NCBI GenBank assembly: GCA_963803435.1
Contig: CAWDML010000003.1
Span: 320,001-384,000, forward strand
Direction: 5' to 3'
DNA from: an uncultured delta proteobacterium
Lineage (GTDB): Bacteria > Myxococcota > Kuafuiibacteriia > Kuafuiibacteriales > Kuafuiibacteriaceae
Length of the DNA: 64,000 bases
Shown: positions 39,796 to 51,703 of the stretch, in pieces
Numbering within the stretch: the first letter of the stretch is position 1
Layout: each line of letters begins with the position of its first letter
Program-made: the position numbers and the translations under genes
Notes under the pieces: model-generated
Told to the model about the DNA's origin: nothing
Seen by the model: the letters and a program-made list of their open reading frames with translations, nothing else
Databases searched by the model: none

Positions 39796-39836
39796 AGGGG
39801 TAACGCAAGGTAGCTTGCAACTCCGATGGAAGCGTC

Positions 39837-41927
39837 ATGGCCATCCAGTTTGGGAATACACCGCTCGAGCGGGTCCGAAACATCGGAATCATGGCGCACA
39901 TCGACGCCGGCAAGACGACTACGACCGAACGCATCCTCTTCTACACGGGCGTCGAGCATCGGATGGGAGAGGTTCACGACGGCGCGGCCACCATGGATTG
40001 GATGATTCAAGAGCAGGAGCGGGGGATCACGATCACCTCCGCCTCGACGACGTGTTCGTGGATCGATCACCAGATCAACGTGATCGACACGCCTGGGCAC
40101 GTCGACTTCACCATGGAGGTGGAGCGCTCGCTGCGTGTGCTCGACGGCGCCGTCGCCGTGTTCGACGCGGTCAACGGCGTCGAGCCCCAGTCCGAGACCG
40201 TCTGGCGGCAGGCCGACAAGTATCGCGTGCCGCGCATCTGCTTCATCAACAAGATGGACAAGACGGGCGCCGACTTCGCCTGGTCGGTCTCCACCATCGC
40301 CGGGCGTCTTCGCGCCAAGCCGGTCGCGGTGCAGCTCCCGGTCGGCGCCGAGGACGAGTTCATCGGCGTCATCGACATCATCGAGCAGAAGCAGATCATC
40401 TGGGACTCCGAGACCCTGGGCGCCAAGTTCCACTTCGAGCCCATCCCCGCCGACCGCCTCGAAGAGGTGGAGGCGGCCCGGGATCGCCTGTTCGACGCCG
40501 TCGCCGACTGCGATCCCGACGTCGAGCGCAAGTACCTCGAGGGCGCCGACATCAGCCCCGACGAGATCCGCCGGGCGGTTCGCAAGGCCACGCTGGCGCT
40601 GAAGGCCTTCCCGGTGGTGTGCGGCTCCTCGTTCAAGAACAAGGGCGTGCAGCCGCTCTTGGACGCGGCCGTTTACTACCTCCCCTCGCCGAGCGACGTA
40701 CCGCCGGTCGAGGCCCATCGCGTGGGACGCGACGAGCTCGACACGGTCCGCGCCGATCCGGACGGGCCCTTCGTGGCGCTGGCCTTCAAGATCATGTCGG
40801 ATCAGGTCGGCAACCTGACGTACCTCCGGATCTACTCGGGCCACATCGAGAGCGGGACCCAGGTCTACAACGCCTCGAAGGGCAAGAAGGAGCGGATCGG
40901 TCGCCTCCTGCGCATGCACGCGAACAAGCGCGAGGACGTGAGCTCGGTGGGCGCCGGACAAATCGTCGCGGTGGTGGGCCTCAAGCACACGACCACGGGC
41001 GACACGCTCTGCATGATCGATCGGCCGGTGCTCCTCGAGTCCATCGAGATCCCGGAGCCGGTCATCTCCATCGCCATCGAGCCCAAGACGCGCGGCGACC
41101 AGGACAAGCTGGCCGGCGCGCTGGCCAAGCTCGCCATGGAGGATCCGTCGTTCTCCGTCCGCAACGACGAGGAGACCGGACAGACGCTGATCGCCGGGAT
41201 GGGCGAGCTCCACCTGGAGATCATCGTCGATCGCCTTCGCCGCCAGTTCCGCGTCGAGGCCAACATCGGCCGGCCGCAGGTCGCGTACCGCGAGACCGTC
41301 ACGCAGCACGTCGAGCACGAGACGCGGTTCATCCGGCAGACCGGCGGGCGCGGCCAGTACGGGCACGTCGTGATCACGTTGGGACCGGGCGAGCGCGGAT
41401 CGGGCATCGTCTTCGAGAACGAGATCGTCGGCGGTGTGGTCCCGAAGGAGTTCATCCCCGCGGTGGAGCACGGCATCCGCGAGGCCGCCGCCAACGGCGT
41501 CCTGGCCGGCTACCCGGTGGTGGACATCCAGGTCGCGCTGATCGACGGCAGCTACCACGAAGTCGACTCCTCGGAGATGGCCTTCAAGATCGCCGGTTCG
41601 ATGGCGTTCAAGGAGGCCGTCCACAAGGCGAAGCCGATCCTCCTCGAGCCGATCATGATCACCGAAGTCACCACGCCCGACGAGTACTGCGGTGATGTGA
41701 TCGGCGACCTCAACGCGCGACGCGGCAAGGTCACGGGGATGGACCCGCGGGCCGGCATTCAGATCGTCGGGTCGGAGGTTCCGCTCTCCAACATGTTCGG
41801 TTACGCGACCGATCTGCGGTCGCGTACGCAGGGGAGAGCGACCTTCACCATGAAGTTCGGATTCTACAACCCAGTCCCTTCGCACATCGCGGAGGAAGTT
41901 CTCGCCAAAGCCCAGGGGAGGCTGTGA
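39837..41927 (+). CDS. fusA: Elongation factor G
   Basis: [54 protein letters not shown] and GSYHEVDSS. Confidence 0.98.
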   Translation: MAIQFGNTPLERVRNIGIMAHIDAGKTTTTERILFYTGVEHRMGEVHDGAATMDWMIQEQERGITITSASTTCSWIDHQINVIDTPGHVDFTMEVERSLRVLDGAVAVFDAVNGVEPQSETVWRQADKYRVPRICFINKMDKTGADFAWSVSTIAGRLRAKPVAVQLPVGAEDEFIGVIDIIEQKQIIWDSETLGAKFHFEPIPADRLEEVEAARDRLFDAVADCDPDVERKYLEGADISPDEIRRAVRKATLALKAFPVVCGSSFKNKGVQPLLDAAVYYLPSPSDVPPVEAHRVGRDELDTVRADPDGPFVALAFKIMSDQVGNLTYLRIYSGHIESGTQVYNASKGKKERIGRLLRMHANKREDVSSVGAGQIVAVVGLKHTTTGDTLCMIDRPVLLESIEIPEPVISIAIEPKTRGDQDKLAGALAKLAMEDPSFSVRNDEETGQTLIAGMGELHLEIIVDRLRRQFRVEANIGRPQVAYRETVTQHVEHETRFIRQTGGRGQYGHVVITLGPGERGSGIVFENEIVGGVVPKEFIPAVEHGIREAAANGVLAGYPVVDIQVALIDGSYHEVDSSEMAFKIAGSMAFKEAVHKAKPILLEPIMITEVTTPDEYCGDVIGDLNARRGKVTGMDPRAGIQIVGSEVPLSNMFGYATDLRSRTQGRATFTMKFGFYNPVPSHIAEEVLAKAQGRL

Positions 41928-41954
41928 ACCTTCCACTGAATGGAGTGAAGAAAG

Positions 41955-43160
<1,206 letters not shown>

Positions 43161-43183
43161 GCGACGAAGGGTAGGTAGTAGGT

Positions 43184-43498
43184 ATGGCCAACAAGTCGAC
43201 GAAGATCCGGATCCGGCTCAAGGCGTACGATCACCGGCTGCTCGATCAGGCAGTCGGCGAGATCGTCGAGTCCGCGCGCCGAACCGGAGCGAAGGTGGCT
43301 GGTCCCATCCCGCTGCCTACCTGCATCAACCGCTACACGGTTCTGCGCGGCCCGCACGTGGACAAGAAGAGCCGGGAGCAATTCGAGATCCGAACGCACA
43401 AGCGCGTGGTCGACATTCACGACCCCACGCCGCAGACGCTCGATGCGCTGATGAAGCTCGATCTGTCCGCAGGCGTGGACGTCGAGATCAAGAGCTAG
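43184..43498 (+). CDS. rpsJ: 30S ribosomal protein S10
   Basis: [18 protein letters not shown] and [12 protein letters not shown]. Confidence 0.98.
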   Translation: MANKSTKIRIRLKAYDHRLLDQAVGEIVESARRTGAKVAGPIPLPTCINRYTVLRGPHVDKKSREQFEIRTHKRVVDIHDPTPQTLDALMKLDLSAGVDVEIKS

Positions 43499-43507
43499 GA
43501 GCAGGCG

Positions 43508-44170
43508 ATGAAGTTCGACGTCATCGACACGGGCAGCAAGAAGGTAGGGGAGGTCGAGCTCGAAGACTCGGTCTTCGCCGCCCAGGTCCGACCGGCGCTG
43601 TTCTGGGAAGTCGTCAAGATGCAGCTGGCGAACCGCCGGCGCGGGACGCACTCCACGAAGACGGTGACCGAGGTCCGGGCCGCGAAGAAGAAGCCGTATC
43701 GCCAGAAGGGCACCGGCCGGGCCCGTCACGGCACCCGGGTCGGCGCCAACATGCGCGGCGGCGGTGTGGTCTTCGGACCGAAGCCGCGGGACTACAGCTA
43801 CCAGCTTCCCAAGAAGATGGTGAAGGTGGCCCTGCGCTCGGCGCTCAGCAAGCGGACGGCGGACCAGGCGCTGTTCGTGGTGAAGGGCTGGTCGCCGGAG
43901 ACGCCGAAGACCAAGGCGGCGTCCGAGGTTCTGCTCGGCATGGGCGCGACCAAGGCGCTGATCGTGGGACAGAGGAACGACGTGACCCTGGAGCGGTCGG
44001 TCCGGAACCTGCCCCACGCCAAATTCCTCCCCGTGGAGGCGGTCAACGTCTACGACATCCTCTACTACGACCACCTGGTCCTGACGGTGGAGGCGGTCTC
44101 GGCGTTGAATGAGCGGCTGAAGACGGCTCCGTCACGCAAGGAGCGCGCGCTGGCCGAAGCGAGCGCGTGA
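43508..44170 (+). CDS. rplD: 50S ribosomal protein L4
   Basis: [37 protein letters not shown] and NVYDIL. Confidence 0.97.
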   Translation: MKFDVIDTGSKKVGEVELEDSVFAAQVRPALFWEVVKMQLANRRRGTHSTKTVTEVRAAKKKPYRQKGTGRARHGTRVGANMRGGGVVFGPKPRDYSYQLPKKMVKVALRSALSKRTADQALFVVKGWSPETPKTKAASEVLLGMGATKALIVGQRNDVTLERSVRNLPHAKFLPVEAVNVYDILYYDHLVLTVEAVSALNERLKTAPSRKERALAEASA

Positions 44171-44180
44171 GGAGACAGCG

Positions 44181-44480
44181 ATGGCGTATACACCGCATGA
44201 GCTGCTGAAGCGGCCCCGCATCACGGAGAAGGGATCCCGGCAGGCCGAGGTCCATCCGACCGCCGTGTTCGAGGTCCCGCTCGACGCGAACAAGATCGAG
44301 ATCAAGAAGGCGGTCCAGGCCGTCTTCGGCGTCGAGGTCGTCGATGTCCGCACGATGATCGTGCGCGGCAAGGTCAAGCGTCGCGGCCGGACCATCGGCA
44401 AGCGACCCAACTGGAAGAAGGCGGTCATCACGCTGGCCGAGGGCCAGGACATCGACTTCTTCGGCGGAGTCGGAGGCTAA
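44181..44480 (+). CDS. rplW: 50S ribosomal protein L23
   Basis: [16 protein letters not shown] and WKKAVITL. Confidence 0.97.
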   Translation: MAYTPHELLKRPRITEKGSRQAEVHPTAVFEVPLDANKIEIKKAVQAVFGVEVVDVRTMIVRGKVKRRGRTIGKRPNWKKAVITLAEGQDIDFFGGVGG

Positions 44481-44484
44481 GACG

Positions 44485-45336
44485 ATGGGCATCAAGAACT
44501 TCAAGCCCTACACGCCGTCGCGCCGACACATGACGGGGCAGGACTTCGCGGAGATCACGAAGTCCGAGCCCGAGAAGTCGCTGGTGGAGCCGCTTCACCG
44601 GGGCGCCGGCCGGAACGTCCGCGGCAAGATCACGACGCGCCACAAGGGCGGCGGCCACAAGCGGCGCTACCGGGTCATCGACTTCAAGCGGGCCAAGTAC
44701 GACGTGCCGGGCTCGGTGAAGTCGATCGAGTACGATCCCAACCGCTCCACGCGCATCGCGCTGATCGCGTACGCGGACGGGGAGAAGCGCTACATCCTGG
44801 CGCCGGGCGCGCTCAAGGTCGGGGACACGGTGATGTCGTCGTCGGGCGCCATCGACCCGGTCCCGGGCAATGCGATGCCGCTGTTCAAGATCCCGCTCGG
44901 CACGATGGTCCACAACATCGAGCTGAAGCCGGGCGGCGGCGGGCAGCTGGTGCGCTCGGCCGGCGGCTCGGCGCAGCTGATGGCGAAGGAAGGCAAGTAC
45001 GTCACCGTCCGTCTCCCCTCCACGGAGATGCGGCGCGTGCTGGGGACCTGCCTGGCCACTGTCGGGCAGCTCGGCAACGAGCAGCACGAGAACATCGTCA
45101 TCGGGAAGGCGGGCCGCACCCGCTGGCTCGGTGTTCGACCCACGGTTCGCGGCGCCGCCATGAACCCGGTCGATCACAACAACGGCGGCGGCGAGGGCCG
45201 CGCCAAGGGCGGCAAGCCGCCGCGGACCCCGTGGGGCAAGATGGCCCGCGGCCTGCGGACGCGCGACAAGTCGAAGCCGTCGAACAAGTTCATCGTCACC
45301 GTGCGCAAGCGCGGCAAGCAGTCGGGTGGGAAGTAA
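44485..45336 (+). CDS. rplB: 50S ribosomal protein L2
   Basis: [24 protein letters not shown] and [14 protein letters not shown]. Confidence 0.98.
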   Translation: MGIKNFKPYTPSRRHMTGQDFAEITKSEPEKSLVEPLHRGAGRNVRGKITTRHKGGGHKRRYRVIDFKRAKYDVPGSVKSIEYDPNRSTRIALIAYADGEKRYILAPGALKVGDTVMSSSGAIDPVPGNAMPLFKIPLGTMVHNIELKPGGGGQLVRSAGGSAQLMAKEGKYVTVRLPSTEMRRVLGTCLATVGQLGNEQHENIVIGKAGRTRWLGVRPTVRGAAMNPVDHNNGGGEGRAKGGKPPRTPWGKMARGLRTRDKSKPSNKFIVTVRKRGKQSGGK

Positions 45337-45338
45337 CC

Positions 45339-45626
45339 ATGCCCAGATCACTCAAGAAGGGTCCATTCGTGGACGGGCACCTCGAAGACAAGGTGCGCAA
45401 GATGAACGACGCGGGCCGGAAGACGGTCATCAAGACGTGGTCGCGCCGCTCGATGATCACGCCGGACATGATCGGCCACACCTTTGCCGTCCACAACGGC
45501 AAGAAGTTCATCCCGGTGTTCGTCACCGAGCAGATGGTCGGCCACAAGCTGGGCGAGTTCTCGCCGACGCGGACCTTCCACGGTCACGCTTCGGACAAGA
45601 AGAAGTCGGCCCCGGCGTCGAAGTGA
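45339..45626 (+). CDS. rpsS: 30S ribosomal protein S19
   Basis: [19 protein letters not shown] and [13 protein letters not shown]. Confidence 0.98.
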   Translation: MPRSLKKGPFVDGHLEDKVRKMNDAGRKTVIKTWSRRSMITPDMIGHTFAVHNGKKFIPVFVTEQMVGHKLGEFSPTRTFHGHASDKKKSAPASK

Positions 45627-45636
45627 GAGGTCAGCG

Positions 45637-45966
45637 ATGAAAGCGAAGCTTCGATATCTGAGGATCGCGCCGCGGAAGGTTCGTCTGGTCGCGGACATGA
45701 TCCGGGGCAAGCACGTCGAGGAGGCGCTCAACATTCTCCAGTTCACGGAGAAGAGCTCGAGCCAGCCCCTGGCAAAGCTGCTGAAGTCGGCGGTGGCGAA
45801 CGCGGACCAGATGGAGGGCGTCAACATCGACCGGCTCTTCATCAAGACGCTGATGGTCGACGGCGGCCCGATGATGAAGCGTTTCATGCCGCGGGCCATG
45901 GGTCGTGCGACTCCGGTGCGGAAGCGAACGAGCCACGTGACGCTCCACCTGGAGCAGAGGGATTAG
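45637..45966 (+). CDS. rplV: 50S ribosomal protein L22
   Basis: APRKVRLVADMIRG, SAVANA, PRAMGRA and KRTSH. Confidence 0.97.
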   Translation: MKAKLRYLRIAPRKVRLVADMIRGKHVEEALNILQFTEKSSSQPLAKLLKSAVANADQMEGVNIDRLFIKTLMVDGGPMMKRFMPRAMGRATPVRKRTSHVTLHLEQRD

Positions 45967-45978
45967 GAGCGTTCGACG

Positions 45979-46668
45979 ATGGGTCAGAAGACAAATCCGA
46001 TCGGGTTCCGGCTGGGCATCACGCGCACCTGGGACAGCAAGTGGTTCGAGGAGAAGAACTACGCCAAGTGGCTCCACGAGGACCTGGCGCTCCGGAACCT
46101 GGTGAAGCGCAAGCACTACAGCGCGGGCATCTCGCGCGTGGAGATCGAGCGCGCGGCCAGCAAGGTGAAGGTGAACATCTACACCGCGCGGCCGGGCATC
46201 GTGATCGGCAAGAAGGGCGCCGGCATCGAGCAGCTCAAGAAGGAGCTGCAGCGCCTGACCGACAACGAGGTCTTCATCAACATCCAGGAGATCCGGAAGG
46301 CCGAGATCGACGCGCAGCTGGTGTCCGAGAACATCGCCACGCAGCTCGAGCGTCGCATCGCGTTCCGTCGCGCCATGAAGAAGGCCGTGACGATCGCGAT
46401 GAAGTTCGGCGCCAAGGGCATCCGCGTCGCCTGCAGCGGCCGGTTGGGCGGAGCCGAGATGAGCCGCTACGAGTGGTATCGCGACGGTCGCGTGCCGCTC
46501 CACACGCTCCGCGCCGACGTCGAGTACGGCTTCGCCACGGCGAAGACCAAGCAAGGGACGATCGGCGTGAAGTGCTGGATCTTCAAGGGAGAGGTGCTCC
46601 AGGCCGGCAAGGAGCCGCCGAGCCGCCGGATCCCGAGGCCGCCGCGGCACGACCGCGCCGAAGCCTGA
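45979..46668 (+). CDS. rpsC: 30S ribosomal protein S3
   Basis: [23 protein letters not shown] and [11 protein letters not shown]. Confidence 0.98.
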   Translation: MGQKTNPIGFRLGITRTWDSKWFEEKNYAKWLHEDLALRNLVKRKHYSAGISRVEIERAASKVKVNIYTARPGIVIGKKGAGIEQLKKELQRLTDNEVFINIQEIRKAEIDAQLVSENIATQLERRIAFRRAMKKAVTIAMKFGAKGIRVACSGRLGGAEMSRYEWYRDGRVPLHTLRADVEYGFATAKTKQGTIGVKCWIFKGEVLQAGKEPPSRRIPRPPRHDRAEA

Positions 46669-46683
46669 TCGAAGGGGTGACAG

Positions 46684-47097
46684 ATGCTTCAGCCTGCAAG
46701 ACAGAGATATCGCAAGCAGCAGAAGGGACGGATGCGCGGCAAGGCGTACACGGGGAGCGAGATCTCCTTCGGTACCTGCGGCGTTCAGGCCCTCGAGCCC
46801 GGCTGGCTCACCTCGCGGCAGATCGAGGCGGCCCGTATCGCGATGACCCGCTACATCAAGCGTGGTGGTCGAGTGTGGATCCGCGTGTTCCCGGACAAGC
46901 CGGTCTGCAAGAAGCCGCTCGAGACTCGAATGGGTAAGGGCAAGGGTGCCCCCGACCACTTCGTGGCCGTCGTGAAGCCGGGCCGGATCCTATACGAGAT
47001 CGACGGCGTCGATCCCAAGATCGCCGAAGAGGCGATCCGTTTGGCCAGCCACAAGCTTCCGCTCAAGACCAAGTTCGTGGTGCTGGAAGAGATCTAG
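46684..47097 (+). CDS. rplP: 50S ribosomal protein L16
   Basis: [22 protein letters not shown] and KLPLKT. Confidence 0.98.
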   Translation: MLQPARQRYRKQQKGRMRGKAYTGSEISFGTCGVQALEPGWLTSRQIEAARIAMTRYIKRGGRVWIRVFPDKPVCKKPLETRMGKGKGAPDHFVAVVKPGRILYEIDGVDPKIAEEAIRLASHKLPLKTKFVVLEEI

Positions 47098-47109
47098 AGG
47101 AAGAAGAGC

Positions 47110-47322
47110 ATGGGCAGCGTGGTCAAAGGGCGCGACCTCAGGTCGCAGAGTGAAGAGGAGCTGGAAGGCTTCGTCCGCGAGCGTCGCGACGAGATCTTCA
47201 AGCTGCGCTTCCAGCATTACACTGGACAGCTGGAGAACGTGGCCCGGATGCGGCTCGCCAAGCGGGAGCTGGCGCGGGCGCTGACGATCCTGACCCAAAA
47301 GAAGAGGAGCGCCCAGGCATGA
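47110..47322 (+). CDS. rpmC: 50S ribosomal protein L29
   Basis: FKLRFQHYTGQLEN..KRELARALT, at the canonical position after rplP. Confidence 0.95.
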   Translation: MGSVVKGRDLRSQSEEELEGFVRERRDEIFKLRFQHYTGQLENVARMRLAKRELARALTILTQKKRSAQA

Positions 47323-47600
47323 GCGAAGAGCAGCAGCAGCAGGAGCCGCAGCAGCGGCGAGTGGCGAAGCAGCGTCAGGGCGTCGTCGTCTCGGCGAAGA
47401 TGACCAAGACCGTGATCGTGGCGGTGACCCGCCGCGTTCGCCACGGAACCTATGGCAAGTACATCACGTTGAAGCGGAAGTTCGCCTGCCAGGACGACAT
47501 CGGCGTCAAGGAAGGCGACATCGTTCGCATCCAGGAGACGCGGCGTCTGTCGAAGACGAAGCGCTGGCGCGTGATGGCCAAGCTCGAGCAGGGAGCGTGA
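47319..47600 (+). CDS. rpsQ: 30S ribosomal protein S17
   Basis: [14 protein letters not shown] and [18 protein letters not shown]. Confidence 0.96.
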   Translation: MSEEQQQQEPQQRRVAKQRQGVVVSAKMTKTVIVAVTRRVRHGTYGKYITLKRKFACQDDIGVKEGDIVRIQETRRLSKTKRWRVMAKLEQGA

Positions 47601-47604
47601 CGTC

Positions 47605-47973
47605 ATGATCCAGATGACCTCGATCCTCGAAGTCGCGGACAACAGCGGCGCGCGGCGGCTGTTCTGCATCAAGGTGCTGGGCGGCAGCAAGCGGCGCTAC
47701 GCCGAGATCGGCGACATCGTCGTCTGCTCGGTCCGCGAGGCGATGCCGAACGCCAAGGTGAAGAAGGGCGACGTGGTGAAGGCCGTGCTGGTCCGGACCA
47801 CGTACTCGACCTCGCGCACCGACGGCTCCTACATCAAGTTCGATGAGAACGCGGCCGTGCTGGTCAACAAGGACAAGGATCCGATCGGCACCCGTATCTT
47901 TGGCCCGGTGGCGCGCGAGCTGCGCGGCAAGGGCTTCATGAAGATCGTGTCGCTCGCGCCGGAGGTGCTCTGA
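47605..47973 (+). CDS. rplN: 50S ribosomal protein L14
   Basis: [18 protein letters not shown] and [13 protein letters not shown]. Confidence 0.98.
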   Translation: MIQMTSILEVADNSGARRLFCIKVLGGSKRRYAEIGDIVVCSVREAMPNAKVKKGDVVKAVLVRTTYSTSRTDGSYIKFDENAAVLVNKDKDPIGTRIFGPVARELRGKGFMKIVSLAPEVL

Positions 47974-47974
47974 G

Positions 47975-48304
47975 ATGGCAGCCAAGATCAAGAAGGGTGA
48001 CATGGTCGAGGTCATCGCGGGCAAGGACAAGGGCAAGCGAGGCCACGTGCTCCGGGTCCTGCCCAGCGAGAACCGGGTGGTCGTGGAGGGTGTGAACATC
48101 CAGAAGCGTCACATCAAGGCCGGCTCGCGGCAGTCGATGCCGCAGGGCGGCATCCTCGACAAGCCCGGCAAGATCCACATCTCCAACGTCCGGTTCTACT
48201 CCACCAAGATCGACAAGGGCGTCCGGGTCGGCTTCGAGAAGAAGGAAGACGGGACGAAGGTTCGAGTGGCGCGCGGCGAGAGCTCCGGGACGGAGCTCGA
48301 TTAG
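47975..48304 (+). CDS. rplX: 50S ribosomal protein L24
   Basis: [22 protein letters not shown] and IHISNV. Confidence 0.97.
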   Translation: MAAKIKKGDMVEVIAGKDKGKRGHVLRVLPSENRVVVEGVNIQKRHIKAGSRQSMPQGGILDKPGKIHISNVRFYSTKIDKGVRVGFEKKEDGTKVRVARGESSGTELD

Positions 48305-48318
48305 CAAAGGGAAGAGCC

Positions 48319-48981
48319 ATGGCGGACGACAAGCAAAAGAAGAAGAAGGACGCCGACAAGAAGGCGAAGAAGGGCGGCAAGAAGGAGGAGACTCCGAACA
48401 AGCCGATTCCGCCGCCACGACTCCGGGACCGCTATCGCGAGGAGATCGTCGCGCAGCTCAAGAAGGACCTGAACCTGACCTCGGTCAGCGAGGTCCCGCG
48501 GCTCGAGAAGATCGTCATCAACATGGGCCTCGGCGAGGCGATCAAGAACAACAAGATCCTCGAGGCGGCCGTCGAAGAGCTGGGGCTGATCGCCGGCCAG
48601 AAGGCCGTCGTGACCAAGTCCAAGAAGTCGATCGCGAACTTCAAGCTCCGGGAGGGGATGCCGATCGGGGCCATGGTGACGCTGCGCCGGAACCGCATGT
48701 GGGAGTTCATGGATCGCCTGGTGGCGATCGCACTCCCGCGGGTCCGCGACTTCAAGGGCGTGTCCGCCAAGGCCTTCGACGGTCGCGGCAACTACACGCT
48801 GGGCCTGAAGGAACAGATCATCTTTCCGGAGATCGACTACGACAAGGTCGACAAGGTCCGCGGCATGAACATCTGCTTCGTGACCACGGCTCGGAACGAC
48901 GAGCACGGCAGGGCTCTCCTGCAGGCGCTCGGGGTTCCGTTTGCGCGCAGAGGCGGGCAACAACAGCAGGCCGAGGCCTGA
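48319..48981 (+). CDS. rplE: 50S ribosomal protein L5 (Lys-rich N-terminal extension)
   Basis: [33 protein letters not shown] and FPEIDYDK. Confidence 0.98.
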   Translation: MADDKQKKKKDADKKAKKGGKKEETPNKPIPPPRLRDRYREEIVAQLKKDLNLTSVSEVPRLEKIVINMGLGEAIKNNKILEAAVEELGLIAGQKAVVTKSKKSIANFKLREGMPIGAMVTLRRNRMWEFMDRLVAIALPRVRDFKGVSAKAFDGRGNYTLGLKEQIIFPEIDYDKVDKVRGMNICFVTTARNDEHGRALLQALGVPFARRGGQQQQAEA

Positions 48982-48995
48982 TTTGAGGTGAGGGA

Positions 48996-49400
48996 ATGAC
49001 GGGGATAGTCACTGATCCGATTTCGGACATGCTCACCCGAGTGCGGAACGCCATCAACGCGCGGCACATGAAGGTGCCGATGCCGCTCTCCAAGATGAAG
49101 GCGCGCATCGCCGAGGTGCTGAAGAGCGAGGGGTTCATCGAGGGCTTCGAGGTCGAGCAGACCTCGATGCCGCCGACGCTCACGATCCAGCTCCGCTACG
49201 ACGAGAACCGCGATCCGGTGATCACGGGCCTCAAGCGGGTCAGCCGCCCGGGGCTGCGCCAGTACGTGCGGGCCGACGAGATCCCGATGATCCGGAACGG
49301 CCTGGGCGTCGCGATCGTGTCCACGTCCCGCGGCGTCATGACGGACCGCGAGGCCCGGCGGCAGCGGCTGGGCGGCGAGCTCGTCTGCACCGTCTGGTAA
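48996..49400 (+). CDS. rpsH: 30S ribosomal protein S8
   Basis: [21 protein letters not shown] and [12 protein letters not shown]. Confidence 0.98.
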   Translation: MTGIVTDPISDMLTRVRNAINARHMKVPMPLSKMKARIAEVLKSEGFIEGFEVEQTSMPPTLTIQLRYDENRDPVITGLKRVSRPGLRQYVRADEIPMIRNGLGVAIVSTSRGVMTDREARRQRLGGELVCTVW

Positions 49401-49418
49401 GGGCAGGAGGAAGACGAG

Positions 49419-49955
49419 ATGTCACGCATAGGCAAGAAGCCGATCCCGGTGCCCAAGGGCGTCACGGTGACGATCAACGGCATGCACCTGGTGGTGCAGG
49501 GGCCGAAGGGGAAGCTCGAGCGCGATCTTCCGCCGCACGTCGAGGTCAAGGTCGAGGACGGCCAGCTCCTGGTGCTCAAGGTCGGCAATGCGCGCCAGGC
49601 GGACGCCATGCACGGCTTGGCCCGGGCGCTGATCGGCAACATGGTCGACGGCGTGGTCACCCCGTTCAAGAAGTCGCTCGAGATTTCGGGGGTCGGCTAT
49701 CGCGCGGAGCTGAAGGGCCCGGCCCTGAACCTCCAGGTCGGCCTCTCGCACGAGGTCAACCACCCGATCCCGACCGGCGTCACCTGCGCGGTCGAGAAGC
49801 AGACGCTGGTACACCTCGAGTCCTGCGACAAGGACCTGGTCGGTCGCGTCGCGGCCGAGATCCGGGCCTATCGCCCCTGTGAGCCCTACAACGGGAAGGG
49901 CATCAAGTATCAGGGCGAACGCATCCGCCGCAAGGAAGGCAAGACGGGAGCCTAG
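49419..49955 (+). CDS. rplF: 50S ribosomal protein L6
   Basis: MSRIGKKPI, GVGYRA and EPYNGKGIKY..RRKEGK. Confidence 0.98.
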   Translation: MSRIGKKPIPVPKGVTVTINGMHLVVQGPKGKLERDLPPHVEVKVEDGQLLVLKVGNARQADAMHGLARALIGNMVDGVVTPFKKSLEISGVGYRAELKGPALNLQVGLSHEVNHPIPTGVTCAVEKQTLVHLESCDKDLVGRVAAEIRAYRPCEPYNGKGIKYQGERIRRKEGKTGA

Positions 49956-49957
49956 CC

Positions 49958-50332
49958 ATGAAACGCAAAGTCAGGAGCCAAACGGAGAAGCGCCGGCTGC
50001 GCCGGGCCCTTTCGGTCCGGAAGAAGGTCGCCGGTACCGAGCAGCGGCCGCGGCTGACCATCTTCAAGTCGTCCCGCCACATCTACGCCCAGCTGGTCGA
50101 CGACGACAGCGGAAAGACGATCTGCGCCCTGTCGACGCTGACCAAGGAGCTGAAGGACGTGCTGCCCGGCAAGAAGAAGACCGAGCAGGCCGAGCAGGTC
50201 GGGAAGAAGCTGGCCGAGATTGCCAAGACGAAGGGCATCGAGTCGGTCATCTTCGATCGGAACGGTTGGCCGTACCACGGCCGGGTCGCAGCCCTCGCCA
50301 AGGGTGCACGTGAGGGCGGGCTTCAGTTCTAG
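49958..50332 (+). CDS. rplR: 50S ribosomal protein L18
   Basis: [16 protein letters not shown] and [20 protein letters not shown]. Confidence 0.97.
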   Translation: MKRKVRSQTEKRRLRRALSVRKKVAGTEQRPRLTIFKSSRHIYAQLVDDDSGKTICALSTLTKELKDVLPGKKKTEQAEQVGKKLAEIAKTKGIESVIFDRNGWPYHGRVAALAKGAREGGLQF

Positions 50333-50347
50333 CCCGAGGAGAAGAGC

Positions 50348-50896
50348 ATGCCGCGTCGCGAAATCATCAACCCCAAAGAGCTCGAGCTGGTCGATCGCGT
50401 CATCCACATCAACCGGGTGGCGAAGGTCGTGAAGGGCGGGCGTCGCTTCTCCTTCTCCGCGCTGGTCGTGGTGGGAGACGGCGAAGGTCATGTCGGCGTC
50501 GGGCTCGGCAAGGCGAACGAGGTGCCGGAGGCGATCCGGAAGGGCCGCGACCAAGCGGAGAAGAACCTGTTTCGCGTGCCGCTGACCGGCCGCACGATCC
50601 CCCACGAGGTGATCGGTCACTTCGGCGCGGGCCGGGTGGTGATGCGCCCGGCCGCTCCTGGAACGGGCGTCATCGCCGGGGGCGCGGTGCGTGCGGTCCT
50701 CGAGTCGGCGGGTGTGCGCGACGTGCTCACGAAGTCCCTCGGGACCTCCAACAAGCACAACGTCGTGAACGCGGCGGTCAATGCGCTGCAGAACCTGACG
50801 ACGATCAAGGAGCAGGCGCACCGCCGGAGCACGGTGGCCGAGAACCTCCAGCCGATGAAGCTGAAGATTCACGTGCCGACCGGTCTGAGCAACTGA
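50348..50896 (+). CDS. rpsE: 30S ribosomal protein S5
   Basis: [24 protein letters not shown] and [12 protein letters not shown]. Confidence 0.98.
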   Translation: MPRREIINPKELELVDRVIHINRVAKVVKGGRRFSFSALVVVGDGEGHVGVGLGKANEVPEAIRKGRDQAEKNLFRVPLTGRTIPHEVIGHFGAGRVVMRPAAPGTGVIAGGAVRAVLESAGVRDVLTKSLGTSNKHNVVNAAVNALQNLTTIKEQAHRRSTVAENLQPMKLKIHVPTGLSN

Positions 50897-50921
50897 GCGA
50901 ACCGAGCGGAGGAAGTTAGCC

Positions 50922-51170
50922 ATGGCGAAGCTCATCAAGGTCACGTTGAAGCGCGGGCTCAGCAAGTGCCCGCCGCGCGAGCTCGCGACGGTCGCCGGCC
51001 TCGGGCTGCGGCGTCGCCACCAGACCCGTATCCTCATGGACACGCCGGCGATCCGCGGCATGGTCATGCGGGTCCAGCACATGCTGGACGTCGAAGGCTT
51101 CGAGGGCGACGACAGCCTGAGGAAGAGCACGCGCCGCATTCGGAAGGCGCAGAAGGAGCAGCGGACATGA
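50922..51170 (+). CDS. rpmD: 50S ribosomal protein L30
   Basis: IKVTLKR..ATVAGLGLRR..DTPAIRGMV, located between rpsE and rplO. Confidence 0.93.
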   Translation: MAKLIKVTLKRGLSKCPPRELATVAGLGLRRRHQTRILMDTPAIRGMVMRVQHMLDVEGFEGDDSLRKSTRRIRKAQKEQRT

Positions 51171-51685
51171 GCGGAGAGCTCGGCAGGCTGGTGGCGCCGA
51201 AGGGTGCCAACAGAGGGCCCAAGATCAAGGGCCGAGGTACCTCCTCGGGCCTGGGCAAGACCTCAGGCCGTGGTCACAAAGGCCAGAAGGCCCGCAAGAG
51301 CGGGCATGTCCGCATCGGATTCGAAGGCGGGCAAATGCCCATGCAGCGCCGCCTCCCAAAGCGCGGCTTCCGAAACATCTTTGCGAAGCGATTCATCGAA
51401 GTGCGCGTCGTGCAGCTCAACCGCTTCGAGGCGGGCACCTTGGTGGATTTTGCCCTCCTGAAGAAGGCCGGGCTGGCCAAGGGCGTCGCGGATGGTGTGA
51501 AAATCATCGGCAAAGGGGCGCTCGACCGGAAGCTCGAGGTGAAGGTGCAGCGGATCAGCAAGGGCGCCCGCGACGTCATCGAGGCGTGCGGAGGGTCCGT
51601 CGAGCTGATCCCTGATCGCCCGAAGTGGCAGCGGGAAGACAGCCGCAAGGCCCAGCGGGTGGGTAAGCAGGCACCTCGGCAGTAG
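51167..51685 (+). CDS. rplO: 50S ribosomal protein L15
   Basis: GRGTSSGLGKTSGRGHKGQKAR and FEGGQMPMQRRLPKRGF. Confidence 0.97.
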   Translation: MSGELGRLVAPKGANRGPKIKGRGTSSGLGKTSGRGHKGQKARKSGHVRIGFEGGQMPMQRRLPKRGFRNIFAKRFIEVRVVQLNRFEAGTLVDFALLKKAGLAKGVADGVKIIGKGALDRKLEVKVQRISKGARDVIEACGGSVELIPDRPKWQREDSRKAQRVGKQAPRQ

Positions 51686-51703
51686 GCGTCCGAAAGGGAG
51701 CAG

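Noticed and set aside
41928-41954. tRNA genes near tuf
   Set aside because: The spacer is only 27 nt, and no cloverleaf or T-loop signature was seen in any intergenic region.
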